Shown here one piece after another: positions 24,173 through 37,395 of a DNA stretch of 64,000 nt (position 1 is its first letter; each line of letters starts with the position of its first letter). Source of the stretch: Balanoglossus misakiensis. Lineage: Eukaryota; Animalia; Hemichordata. A program made the translations under genes and the position numbers. The stretch is from positions 6,250,301 to 6,314,300 of the forward strand of contig CM082577.2 in the NCBI GenBank assembly GCA_040954595.2, read 5' to 3'. The notes under the pieces were generated by a model that saw nothing but the letters and a program-made list of their open reading frames with translations, did no database searches and was not told the DNA's origin.

Positions 24173-24312
24173 TTCAATAAATTTCCCTTGCATCATTCAT
24201 TGCTTCTTTCCTGTGAAAACGACGTCAGTGATGTGTTTATAAATATCAACATCCAAGGGGATTATCGTTTTCACTGGAAAGAGGAAAAAGATACAAGGGG
24301 AAATTTAGTGAA
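24173..24312. repeat. Long imperfect inverted repeat (hairpin)
   Basis: TTCAATAAATTTCCCTTGCATC pairs with GATACAAGGGGAAATTTAGTGAA; CTTTCCTGTGAAAACGA pairs with TCGTTTTCACTGGAAAG. Confidence 0.8.
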
Positions 24313-27300
24313 ACTTGGCAAGTTTCTTGCCACACTCTTTATGACACTGGTAAGCACCCTCTAGGTAAGGCAGCATACAGTTATAACCGCTATACTACAA
24401 ATGCTATAATCCCTGCATATGTCAGTGAACATTTAAACACAAACTACATATTAAAATCAATTTCCAAGCACATGAAATTTTTTCATGACACACACACATT
24501 AGGGTCAACACACAGAAATTAAACATTCTTGTGCTGGTGAATCTTAGTCTTTAGTTCTTACGAAGACCCTACAGAGAGCAAATAATTGATTAACAAATTG
24601 CGAAAGGTTACTTTTCTCTGGAGGAAGAAACACAGACTGACTGATAGCATTTCTTAGATTCATGCCATGAGACAGACCGACCCTTTTCTTTGTGTAAATT
24701 TGAAGTCAGACAAATTGACATTTTTCTGTGCATGACTGAGACGAAAAGTGATGTTTTCCTTTGAATGTAACTGCGGTGCTTTATTGCAATGAGTTCAGTT
24801 AACACCATTTAACCTGTACTTTGTTGTAATTTTCTGAACTTTCACATTATTTTCTAAAATTGCAAGTACAACTAGGTTAAGTAATTGCTTTTCCATTGTT
24901 TGGGAGAGAAAACTGGTGACTGTAAACATTTCTCAGATTCATGAAGTGAGACAAACTGGCAGTTTTCTTTACATAGTTCGGAAGACGGACAAATCAGACT
25001 TCCTTGCATGACTGAGATCTATTCAATGCAAACTGAATTACATATGAGGATCAGGTCTGATCTGGCAACCATAAAATTAAAATCTGCAACTTCATAATTA
25101 CTACTGGCATAAACTTGGAGATTGTCACTGTACAGCAAAACTAAGAAAAATTCTTCTCTACATAGCTCAAATAAAGATGTCAAACAACAAACCCACCACT
25201 ACCTATAAAAACAAAGGAAGTGTCATAAAAACAAAAGATGGTGTTCATAAAAACAAAAGAATTGCCTCAAATGAACACATAAATTATAATACTCTTCCTT
25301 TAACATATACATGTCCGCACATAGAAACATGTAAGCATAACCACACAGTAAATAGAGAATATCTGTACAGGTTTTTAATTTATCAATGATCAAATGAAGC
25401 AAATCTACTTAGAATTCAGCTGTAGTTGAGCAAGAGATAACTTGAGAATGGGTCGAAGGATTGGCTGAAAAACAACCACTTGTTGATTTCTCTTAGAGTC
25501 TATTAGATTTTCATTTGTTTTTCATTAATCACCTTCAAAATGTGATAAGAAACAGAAATAATGCTATGAAATTGGTAAAGATAGAGTAATTTTCACAAGT
25601 CCATATTTCTCAGTAAATCAATGTCTTGTCCATAATTCATTTAACAATTTTTTGGATTGTCCTCACATTCGAGCACACCGCTTCCACTGCAAAAATGGAC
25701 ATCGTTACAGTGATGGATTTGTACTGATTTAAGGCTCTATGCACCACTGCAAGTTCGTCAGTTGTCATGCAAAATAACACGATGGCACCACAATCACCAA
25801 GCCAAAAGGGGGAAAACACATAATTTGCAAGTCAAATCCACCGAGGATAAAAATAAAACCGTGAAGGAAACCAACCAAGACAAGCCAGACAACTTACGTG
25901 AGATGACATTTTAGAAACTTTTGTTGGGGTGCTAGATTTTTTTTTAGTTGACTGTTTCCTGTTGATAAGATTGACACCAACAGCACCCAATCAACTTCAC
26001 ACTGAGAATTCGGTCTGCACAGGATCTGTTTCAGTTTTTGAAAAGCTTCCTGGACACACGACACCACTGAACACTTGAGCACGTCATTTTAACGTTTGGT
26101 CTTGGGGAACTACACTTTGAGGAAAATCTGCCGGATTTCGCCACAGAATGTAAGTACGGTGAGCAAGATGATGAGTAGGAATTTCCTAGTGACAGTTGCC
26201 TTGGTTCTGCTATCTTCCAGACAAGTTAAAACAAGTTTTAAGAGGTCGAATTCGGGTCAAGGACATCTTGTTTCCGACAGAAAGTAAAAGTCTTTAGTCA
26301 CATGTCACGTAACGCAGGCAGGAAAGTGTTAATAACATTTACTGATTTCTGTAATCATTTTATTGGTAACTCCGATATGAATGTCATTTATTGTGAAATT
26401 AGAGTAGTAATCTGCTGCATTTAATGTGGTGATGTTTCGGTGCAGTGATAACAGTATTTTTTTTAATCTGACTGTTTGGTTAGTAAACTTTCAGGGAACT
26501 TGTAATCATAATGGCAGTCTCCAATACCTTCTGAAGTCACTACAAATAGGCATGTTTCATATCTGCAGAGCATAAAGTTGTTGAGTGACAAACTATTGCT
26601 TTTCTTTGTATTTGGGAAGAGAAAGTTGACAAACCATTTCTTAGAGTTAGATTCATGAGGCGAGATAAACTGACATTTTCCTCTGAACCAAAGTTTGATG
26701 GCAAACGTTGTGAAACCTGAATAATGTCAGGTCAGGTCCTTGCAAACTCTAAAGCTCAGCAACATCATATTTTCTAAATGTATCATTATTATGACACCAC
26801 ATTGATAATCATATCAAACTGATACTTGTACAGTGGTAGTAAATTAAGACCAGAAAAAACCCTGAAAATTTCAAATATCAATGTATGATCTGTGATTTAC
26901 AAAGTCCTTAGGTAGACATGCCATTTTTGACAAAATTCCTCCCACTCAACTGCCTTGTTTTGACTTGATGACAACTTTCCGACCCAGTCCAGACTTTGTC
27001 AAATTAACATTTGTACCACCCAAGCTTCAAGAGTGCATTCTAATTTCTATGCACAGTATATGCAAGTCAGGCGTGTTTTTTCATTCCACTTGAACTCAAA
27101 TTCGCTTATTTACTCAATCTGTATCTGTACAAATGTAGGCATGGCTCTGTGTAACAGAACTGATATGGTCAGTAAAGATGACACGTCTAACCTGACTCAT
27201 CATTCTTGTCCAGATCTAAAGATTAATGTGGTAAACTACGACTGCATATTTGACATATTTACATGTATTACCGCCTACTCCATGACATCATATTCAAGTC

Positions 27301-30300
27301 ACAGCTTATTTACATTGTACATTTGTTGTGGAGTGACCATGGTTCAGTTCTTGTAGACTCCTGAAATTCATTTCAAATCATTAAAGTCCACGGAAAAGAT
27401 ATGATATCACAGATTCACACAATATCATTTCTCGGTATTACTCATAAAGTAAACTTCTTTATGTAATGTGACATAAAGACACGCCCAGGTGACGTCTCCA
27501 ATGTCCCAAACTTCCAGGAAATTTATTACAGACAGACCTTGCAGTGTGCAGTCAAACCTGTCCTTTCATACACCTCTCAAACTGGAATTAACATCTGTCT
27601 GTCAAAGAGAATTTTTTCAAGCAGAACGTGACACGTTGAATAGCATTTAACCTGTCATATAAGAACACCTCTCTAGTATAAAAGACATTTTTTCAGTTCG
27701 CAAGGACGTACTTATTATAATATTTGACATGTTTAACAGTACATCAGTGTCTTCAACATCAACAGAATTGCTGACAATTACTTGATAAGCAATGTCTCTG
27801 ATATTTCAGAGAATTGTTGAATAAACACGTTTTAGGGCAGTATGTGTAGATTTCATGGTACAATTAAACAGAATTGCCTAACCTTACTTATATGTAACTG
27901 TGAAATTAAAATGACATTTTCACATTTAGCAAAGTAAACTGCCACATGGCAAATTATGGCACTCTGAGTGTGCCCTTCTGAAACCCTTTGAAATTATTGA
28001 TAGGAATATAAAAGTCTGTTAACTAATTTAGAGTTTTGTCTGTTTTTTGTTTTCTAATATTTCACTTAGATCAACTAACAACAATTGCATTCTCAAATAT
28101 TCTTCCAAAATCAATAGCTACATACACTTCAGATATTGTTGGAATCATGCCAGAGAAATGGCTGGCAACACCGTGGAAAATACATGATGTCGGCCAAACA
28201 AATTTATCAAAGTACACAACGGACATGTTTTTGTCTCTATCTTTCATCTCTGTTTGATCATAATAAACATTAGTCATTGCAAATATATGTGGCATATTAG
28301 TATAGACCATACTATGTATAGACATGCAATCAGATTTGGATCCCATTTTCGACAGAAAATTTAATTTCTAAATTAACTTTATCAAAATTTACACCTCAGG
28401 CAAAATGCTACAAAAGTCAAAGTCACACGTCATGTACTAGTATATACGGATCAGTTGATATACAAGTGTGCACTTGCAATTCCACAGTTGAGTTATGTTG
28501 TTAGGGCACTGTATTCAACTAAACATAAACAATTCTTCACTGTCCGCCCCATGAGAAAATGTATCATGTTTTGTGTGCATCCACTGCCCACTCACTCATC
28601 TCCAAGTTAGTGACAGGCTTTCATCTGCCGCACACCAACAAGACTTTTAGTCTGTTTCAACTACACAAGCAATATTTTCACGCTCAATATAAGATAATGA
28701 ATAGTTGTTCCAACCCATGGAAGTAGCAGCTTATATCCCAACATCACTGACATTATTCAGCATTTATGCCAGCTTTACTTGCACCAAGTGACATTTTGCC
28801 GTGTTTCAGAATGTTTCATTTGGAATGTCCCAATTGGTAGAAACATAGTGATTGAGTGCACATGTCATCGCTATAAACACTTGAGCGGCAGATTTAATTT
28901 TCTGTAAGGGTTTATTCACCCATATCTGTATTTATGAACTTTTGCAGAGTTACCTTTGGACACACTGCAGACTGCCATTCATAATTTTCAATTCATAATT
29001 TCTGAATGTGGGTCTGGATAGACTCTCAATGTAATGGTTGAGACCAGGTCACATGGTACAAGTCAGACTTGGTACTTTTTCCCAGCATGCACTATTTTGA
29101 AGCCCTACAAATTCGGCCCTATTTCTTTAAATTTAGCGAAAATGGGTGACTTGTGGATGGTGAAAATGACTTCTACTGGCTCTCCAGAAATGCAAAAGTC
29201 ACCCTTGCAATGGTAACCCCTCTCCTTGAAATACAGATGCCAGGTTCACACACTACAGTAATATAAAGAGGAAACCTCACATTGTAAAAACAGCCAATTT
29301 GGCACAACTGTTTGCTAAGTTTTTAATATGTAAAGTTTGCAACTCAAATTACTATCTGAGAACCCAGGTAGTTAAACATCACATTCCAATACATGTGTTT
29401 CCGGCTTTCAATTAGTTTAACATTTCCCCCCAGAGTTTCTGAAACTGGTTGTACTGCAGACACATGACCTTTGCACTCTCTTATCACCTTTTATTAATAT
29501 AAACAGCTTGTGTATATAAAGACAAATGATAAACATATGTTGCGTCAACTTCCACTCATTCCAAAGGCATCAAGGTGGGGATTCCTGAGCAGGAAACATA
29601 AAATGACACAGCAAGGCTTTCTAAACCAACCACAGGTATAGTCAGGGCACTGACCTTTACCCAAACAGGTAGTATATACCACAGACAGAATTCTATATAA
29701 TTTGGTATCTGGGGCATTTGTACCTATCAAATACAAGGACAAATTTGACTGAAACCAGTGGCAATACGCAAGCCTTGACAAGGTGAATTATTAACTTTTC
29801 CAAAGATACTGTGATCAGAAGATAACTGCATGTGGGTGCCACCAGTTTACCTGTCACATAACTTGAATGAAAACTTCAACGTATGTTCTGGAGGTATTTC
29901 TTACGCCTGACAGCACCTGCATGAGTGATTAAGTGATAAATAATTAACCGAAGGTGGATCCAAAAAAGTTGTGGGCAGGTAGGTCGATCCAAACACCCTT
30001 TTAATCCAGTTTGTCAACACTGTTTGCTTCCACACCTGAAGTTAAAGGTTACATAAACACAGGGTAGTGTTTTTTCAAACCAAGTTGACTCCAACCTTCT
30101 CTCAGATGAGATCATACTTGTCTAGTTGTGTAACTCTACAACATCCAAAACCAAGTCTTCCCACTGTCCCTACAGTTGTCTGTTGGTTGATTGCTAAAGG
30201 ACAGGTATGTACTACTACACAAATGTCTACACAGTCCGCTTGGTGTTGTGTTTTCTCAAGTATATCCAATATCTGGACGTTTTTTTCTCAAGAAACTTTA

Positions 30301-32342
30301 CTTATCGTAAGACGTTGGAATTTCAAGGCATGGTTCTTTCAGGGAAAACATTGTACTATACATGTACTGCCAGCATGTTACATGGTTATACAAATGTATA
30401 CCCATATAGTGCCTGGGAAAAAACTCATATCAGCAGCTTAAAATGAAAATGCAGGCTAGCTATCAGTGTAATGCAGGCAATTAAGGGAAAAATACACCAT
30501 GTATTAAACCTGACTGACTAGCAAAACTCAGCAGACAAATCTAATGCAGGGGGAACCAGTTTTTACTCTAATGGTCGACTTTTACTACCATGTCAAAGGA
30601 TAAAAACACGACCTTTGCACAATATTTAGACCTCTGAGTCTGAGTGAAGTATTTCAATATTTCAATACGCACTGCTGACGCAGTTGGAAAGTTTCTGCAG
30701 TTGATCACAATTCAGATACAGCCATGCTTTCCAATATTCAGACACATTTGAAAACATGCGTACACAAGTATAAAAATACATTTGTTCGTGACTTGCAATG
30801 GCTAATCAATTCACCATAAATCTAGCTTCACGAAGAGAAATGTAAATAAAAACTTTCTGCAAAACTTTCAAACTTTTTCACCGGAAAGCTCTCGATACCC
30901 AGCAATACCTAAATCCAACCTAGTTACTTATTAACTACAAAGTTTTCCACGTATAGTGACAAAGTCGGCACCACTGCATAATTGGCAACCTCGCTCGTCA
31001 AGCGCTCTTTCTGAACGACATTCCATGGTGGACTCCTCAAAATAGAACAGGCAAGATTACACCTGGTAAAACCATAATTCATTTATACATTCAATTATTT
31101 TACCACTTTATGACTTGTATACACAATATCTGAGTTAGAATTTCTGCTTTTGATAGTTTCATTTTGTTGGTCTATTAATCATAATGTCACGCTAATTTCA
31201 GTGACAAGTGAAATGCCTTTTAATTAGGTTCAGACACCCCAAGGTATACAATTATGATTTTATGATCAATATTGGTGAACTAGTTTGCATTATAGCAATC
31301 AGTGCAATCAAAGATCAAACAACTTCAGCCAAGCAAAAAGAGTGTTGAAATTAGTAAAATGATAAATTGATAAAATCAGTTTCTTTGATTGAAACTTACA
31401 CACCCAAGTTCAGCTTTACAGGTTGTATTTAGTTTGGAAAAAGAAAGAAAAATGCTCAGCTGTTTTGATCCAGAGGTGGCCTCTGGAAAACAATAAACTG
31501 TAAAGTGCATGTCAAAAAATAAACAATTCTTATCATAAGAGAAAGAAATGTGACAAACTTGACTTTTGGGGAAAAAATGAATGTAAGGACTGACATTTCA
31601 TGTAATTTCAATCATTGGCAGTCAAATTTTCATATCAATTTGATTAGTCATATTTGCCATGAAACCATGACCATGCACTTATCATGGGAGAGGTTATGAG
31701 TTTTAAATCTGCAGTTACCGTAATGTAATTTGTTGCTGTTTAATGACACATTTTAGTATACAAGTCTGAACACATACTAGCACTTGTATCAGCGTGATAA
31801 AAGACACCATGTTGACAGGTGACTGGTGTGGGTGTATACGTGTGTCGTTTGATCATACATAAAATTTGCGCTGGTATAACTGAACTCTGATATGTTGGCA
31901 ATTGAAAGGGTATTAGAATAACTGGAAATCTGTATTGGATTCCACAGTTTCCTGTGTGTACAGACAGCGTTTCATACCAGGCCAAAGTTTGATGAAATCT
32001 GTCTGATTTTTAAAGACCCTTAATTGTCAAACCAATCACTATGATACAGATAGTGCACCAATTTTAATTAATCATAAGGAAAATGCCACGTTATAGATTG
32101 GACGTCAGTTCTCACCACACACCCACTTGATGAATGTACAATAATGTGGAATAATTTGCCACGTCCCAGGACATAAAACTCACACACCAAAATACAAATA
32201 CAAATACTGGGATTCATAGCATAAGTACTAATTTGGAATATGAATTATTAATCGAAAACATTTTTTGTATGTTTCAGGTTAACTTGCAAGGATTCCCGTA
32301 GTTTAGAAGTTATTTATCCGGTACTATTTACTCCGTACAATT

Positions 32343-33590
32343 ATGAATCACAACCCACTATTACCAAACAATGAGACTGGTAGGCCCCCGTTTACAGACA
32401 AGGAACACACGGTTGATATGAATCAGTTGACAGTAACATCCAGTGTATCGTTTTCAAATGGTCACCCGCTTCTGAAAGGAGACATATTTCGCAAGCACAG
32501 ACTTGTCAGCAAAGATGGTAAATTCAACATTGACCACAAGTTCTCCCGTACGCCACAGAGGTACATGGCCGATATCTTTACGACGCTGGTTGATATCAAG
32601 TGGCGTTGGAATCTGACTATTTTCACGTTGGCCTACACGCTGTCTTGGTTTGGATTTGCGGTCATTTGGTGGTTCATTGCGCTTGGTCACGGCGATCACA
32701 TCGAGAGCAACTACAAAGATCCGGACTATGTGCCCTGTGTGTACAACGTCCACTCCTGGTGGACGGCTTTTTTGTTTTCTCTGGAAACTCAGACGACGAT
32801 AGGTTACGGCTACCGTGGACTGACCGATCGGTGCTGGGTGGCATATATCCTGGTGACGGTTCAATCAGTCGTGGCATGCATGATCGACGCGGCCATGATA
32901 GGTTGCATGTTCGCCAAATTTGCACGCCCCAAAAAACGAGCCGAAACTCTAATGTTCTCCAAGCACGCTGTGATAACGATGCGCGATGGTAAACTTCGGC
33001 TGATCATTCGCATTGCTGACATTCGAAAGAGTCACATTCTGAGCGCCCAGGTTCAAGCCAAGCTCATACAACGCAAGACAACTGAAGAGGGGGAGATCAT
33101 ACCACTGCACTACGAGAATGTTGATGTAGGTGTTCACAACGATGTCAGTCATATCTTCCTGGTTTGGCCACTTGAAATAGAACACACAATCGACGAAAAC
33201 AGCCCATTTTATGACATGTCTAAAGACGACCTAGAATCTTCCGACTTTGAACTCATCGTAATCCTGGAGGGAATCGTGGAACAAACGGGGATGACGACGC
33301 AGAAGCGAACTTCGTACTTACCGAATGAAATCCTGTGGGGGCATCACTTTGATCAGACAATTGTTCGCCTTGGGTCGAAGCAATATGAAATAGACTACAG
33401 CAAATTTAATAAAACACACGGACCAGTTAACACTCCATCGTGCAGTGCTCGGGAGCTGGATGAAGAAGACCAAGATGAAAAAGTGAATGAAGACCTTGAT
33501 CGTACAAAACGTAAAGATGTCTTTTCAAGATTCATGATGATTCCCATCCAAGAAGATGAACTGATTACAAATCTAGAATCAACATTGTAG
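32343..33590 (+). CDS. Inward rectifier potassium channel (Kir/KCNJ family, GIRK-like features), Kir-c, 415 aa, intronless ORF
   Basis: Motifs [44 protein letters not shown] and SYLPNEILWGH; C-terminus ESTL. Confidence 0.97.
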   Translation: MNHNPLLPNNETGRPPFTDKEHTVDMNQLTVTSSVSFSNGHPLLKGDIFRKHRLVSKDGKFNIDHKFSRTPQRYMADIFTTLVDIKWRWNLTIFTLAYTLSWFGFAVIWWFIALGHGDHIESNYKDPDYVPCVYNVHSWWTAFLFSLETQTTIGYGYRGLTDRCWVAYILVTVQSVVACMIDAAMIGCMFAKFARPKKRAETLMFSKHAVITMRDGKLRLIIRIADIRKSHILSAQVQAKLIQRKTTEEGEIIPLHYENVDVGVHNDVSHIFLVWPLEIEHTIDENSPFYDMSKDDLESSDFELIVILEGIVEQTGMTTQKRTSYLPNEILWGHHFDQTIVRLGSKQYEIDYSKFNKTHGPVNTPSCSARELDEEDQDEKVNEDLDRTKRKDVFSRFMMIPIQEDELITNLESTL

Positions 33591-34529
33591 ATCGAGGTAA
33601 GAGTTTTTATTTTCTTGCTTTAAGTTCTGTTCTCACCATTTGGTCTGAATACAAAATACATCATGCAGACAGACACTGACTGCTCCTATAAGCTCCTGCT
33701 GGTATGAATGCAAAAATCAGCCTTGTTGAACTTCCCCTTTAAATGTGGGTTATCAGGAAGGTTACCCCAAGGGCACTGATCATCAAAATTTTATGACATG
33801 TACAAAATAAGGAATTTCCAGTGTGTTAGTTGTTGTGTATATTACCCATGACCTTTGTACACACATTACTTGAAAAGGTGCATGACCCTTCAGTAAGCTA
33901 ATTTCACTTTGTCCCCAAAACAGGTACACCTTTGTTCCAACTGACTTTTAAAAAATGTGGAGTGATTGAGTGTTTATGAAACTACAACTTAAGGGATTTG
34001 TTTTCAGGAAATACTGGCTTAATTAAAGTTTGTAGTGTGGCACCGTGTTTCAAAATGTGACAAAACTGAATGGTGCTACGGATGTCAACCTTTACAGATT
34101 TGAGGCCCCCCCCCCTCCCCCCCCCCCCCTCTATTGTTTGGTACTTTTCCCCAATAAGGTACTTTTGCCAGCACTTGGTTGTTTTGTTATAACTCTATAT
34201 AACTGTAGATCTTCATACCTTTGTCTGGGGCGCTTCATGCCCACCTAAACCCAACGAAGACCTTGACACTGACAGACAAAACTTTTCAGCTGGATGTCCT
34301 TATTTCATTTTCACTTGATGATGTTGTCCCTGAAGAAGACGTGTGTAGTCTGTAGACGTTGGTCAGTTCATTATGCAGTTTACCTCCATGGCTTGTCTAT
34401 GCCTGCAGTGGTTTGAAAATGAGAGAATTGCAATAATTATGAAAAACACACAGCAATATTCTACTTTTAGCATGTTATCGCTTGGAAAAATTGTACAACT
34501 GACCTTATGACTGACAGACACAGTGATTC

Positions 34530-35478
34530 TCGAGTGTCACATTGGATTGGCGCGGTGTGAGAATGATGCATGATGATGATGATGATGATGATGATGATGG
34601 CGCATCACTTTGCACTGCTGTGAAAGTTAAAGAAAACGAAAGATGGCTTAACCAATGTATGGATTTTGGAGTGGGAAGTTTCGACTAGTGTCGCACCAGG
34701 AGTTGCGAAGCAGACAGCGTGAATGACTGAAAATTCGGAAAAAATCTCTAAAAACAGACGTTATCGTTCCACTTCTTCTAAGAGGGCGCTCTAACAGAGC
34801 AGACGACACGATAAAGTTTTACCCGGGCCCGCCCACCGCGGCCGCATGGACATCCCGGGCAAACCACGCATCGTACTCAGTCAGTGTACAACTCGAATTG
34901 TTGCTGCTCTGGCGCTTAGTCATTCTTAAGAGAGTGCCAACATTTTTTCTCCGACTTTCCCCGAAAAGGATGAGGATTTCAGTTCTTTCCGATTCCGTCA
35001 TCATGTGGCCATAGCTTCCGCTGCACGTAGTACGTCACATTGCAACATGAATATGCAAATATAAAGTTTGGCGGGGATCACTGTTTTCAAAACGGACAAC
35101 AAGCACTCTTCGATTAGGGTAAACCTACGTCTTGGAATTGACTGCTTGGCCTTGACTGGCCTATCACAAACCTTGGCGGCGAATAACTTACAGGAAAACT
35201 TCTTTTGTGAAGTATTAATAAGTATATCATGAGAGAAGAATGACGTTTTGCGAAACGTCGCGAGGAAAAGCTAATTCTACAAAGCCATCACTCACCCAAG
35301 GAAAGTGGTACGTTCATGCAAATGACCTCATCGCAGCGACTTTGCAAACTTGCATTGGCGTCGCGTTGAGAGTAAATCCGGAAAGCGCTGGAAAGAAACA
35401 CGTCAACATCGAGACTAAAGGAAGTTTTAGTGCTCTTGCTGTAGACTACGGTGTTGCTGAACATCTTGACGGTATCAA
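34530..35478 (+). promoter_or_regulatory. CpG-rich promoter and candidate non-coding first exon of Kir-d
   Basis: High CpG density, ATTGGATTGG (inverted CCAAT), GC-box CCGCCC near 34828, octamer ATGCAAAT at 35053 and 35317. Donor CAA|GTAAGT at 35478/35479 could join the acceptor at 35956. Confidence 0.55.
34570..34599. repeat. (ATG)n microsatellite
   Basis: Read directly. Confidence 0.9.
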
Positions 35479-36141
35479 GTAAGTGTCCAGTTTCAGTTCG
35501 GTTTCAGCGCAAGATCCAACTTTAACACATAACGAAACATCGAAACCTCACATCGAACACCACCAAAGCAAAGAACTTGTATGTAATATGATCATGATGT
35601 AAATGTACTATTGTTTCATTGTTTGGCTAATCCTTCCTGTGTGACCTGGAAGGGGTGTGTTATGTACCGAAGGAAGTCAGTTTCATAGGTATACTTTTAT
35701 TGACATATTCGGGATTAGCTGTACAGATCTAACGGAAGACGCCTTTCCTTACAAAAATTGGCGATTTTGTTAACCAAATTTAAGCACGTGTCCATTGTTG
35801 ACGTGAACTGAAACACTATTCACAGTTCTGGGACGACCGGTTGTGACACGTAGTCCACAACTTAAAACTCAGCGACTTTCGACTTCTTTAGATTTCGCTT
35901 TCTTTCGAACAAGTAACACCTCCCTCAAGTTTTTCCCCAACTTAATTTTCTCACAGAACTCAACGGTGTTGTGACGGAGATTGGACGCTGCCAGGATCCA
36001 AACCCACAGCAATGAAAGAACCTCGTGATGCCAAAACACAATCTTGATTTGAATGCGGGACATTGTCATGTGAGGTGTGTGTAGGACTCACATGATTACC
36101 TGAATACCACAGATATCCTTGGGATATTTTCGCTACTTTGG

Positions 36142-37395
36142 ATGCGAATAAGTGTTGCCATGACGAACATTGGCGGATATAACGCCGTGTCATCAAATGG
36201 AAGGCAAATCCAGCACAACGAACTTGTCATTTACGAAGGCAGCAATGGGGGAGTTAAGACAGACGTGTGCCGCACAGTGTCTTCGACTTCAACGTCCAGC
36301 ACCAACGGTAAAAAACAGAAGGTGAAACATTACCGGCTGGTTGGCCGCTCGGGACATTGCAACATCTCGCATAATGCGTCCCCCCAGCAAGGGTACCGGC
36401 GATTTCTGGCCGATATGTTCACCACAGTCGTTGACATCCAGTGGCGGTACAACTTGACCGTCTTCACCCTGGCGTACGTTTTAAGTTGGCTGCTGTTTGG
36501 AGTTCTGTGGTGGCTTATAGCCCTGGAACACGGCGACATAGGTGCCGAGAATATAACCAGTTCAGACAACTGGAAACCTTGCGTGACCAGTGTACACTCC
36601 TTCTCGACCGCTTTCCTCTTTTCTCTCGAGACGCAAACAACAATAGGATACGGTTCCCGCTCTGTTACAGACCAGTGTTGGATGGCGATGTTGTTGGTGG
36701 TCGTTCAGTCTGTCGTTGGCTGTATAATAGACGCTGTCATGATCGGTTGTGTTTTTGCCAAAATCTCGCGGCCAAAGAAGAGGGCGGAAACGCTGGTTTT
36801 CAGCAAAAAAGCTGTCATCGCTCTTCGGGACGACAAGCTGTGCTTGATGTTCAGGGTGGGAGACATTCGGAAGAGTCACATTTTAGAAGCGCACTTACGA
36901 GCCACTGTCATCCGCAAACGGGTGACGAAGGAAGGCGAAGTCATCCCACTCCACCAGTACGATGTCAATGTAGGATTCGACCAGGGATGGGACAGAATCT
37001 TCCTCGTTTGGCCTCTTGTTGTAGAGCACGTCATTGACGAAAAGAGCCCCCTTTATGAACTCTCGGCTGATGAACTAGAACACGCTGATTTTGAGCTGGT
37101 CGTCCTTCTGGAAGGGATCGTGGAATCAACAGGAATGACCACTCAGAAACGGAAGTCGTACCTACCGCACGAGATACTGTGGGGTTACCGCTTTGACCAC
37201 CAGTTAGTCGCGCTCCATCACGGCGACGACGAATATCACGTTGATTACTCGCGGTTCGACATGGTGCACGAGGTACCGACGCCAAGGTGCAGCGCAAGGC
37301 AACTCGATGAACTACAGAGCCAAGCGGGAGGAGACACCAGAAATGGCATAATTCCTCGCGTACCTGCAACTTATAACTTGGAATCAGAGCTCTGA
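36142..37395 (+). CDS. Inward rectifier potassium channel (Kir/KCNJ family), Kir-d, 417 aa, intronless ORF
   Basis: Motifs [33 protein letters not shown] (Kir2-like TM2), RPKKRAETL and [13 protein letters not shown]; C-terminus ESEL. The true start may be the ATG at 36160 (GTTGCCATG). Confidence 0.97.
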   Translation: MRISVAMTNIGGYNAVSSNGRQIQHNELVIYEGSNGGVKTDVCRTVSSTSTSSTNGKKQKVKHYRLVGRSGHCNISHNASPQQGYRRFLADMFTTVVDIQWRYNLTVFTLAYVLSWLLFGVLWWLIALEHGDIGAENITSSDNWKPCVTSVHSFSTAFLFSLETQTTIGYGSRSVTDQCWMAMLLVVVQSVVGCIIDAVMIGCVFAKISRPKKRAETLVFSKKAVIALRDDKLCLMFRVGDIRKSHILEAHLRATVIRKRVTKEGEVIPLHQYDVNVGFDQGWDRIFLVWPLVVEHVIDEKSPLYELSADELEHADFELVVLLEGIVESTGMTTQKRKSYLPHEILWGYRFDHQLVALHHGDDEYHVDYSRFDMVHEVPTPRCSARQLDELQSQAGGDTRNGIIPRVPATYNLESEL

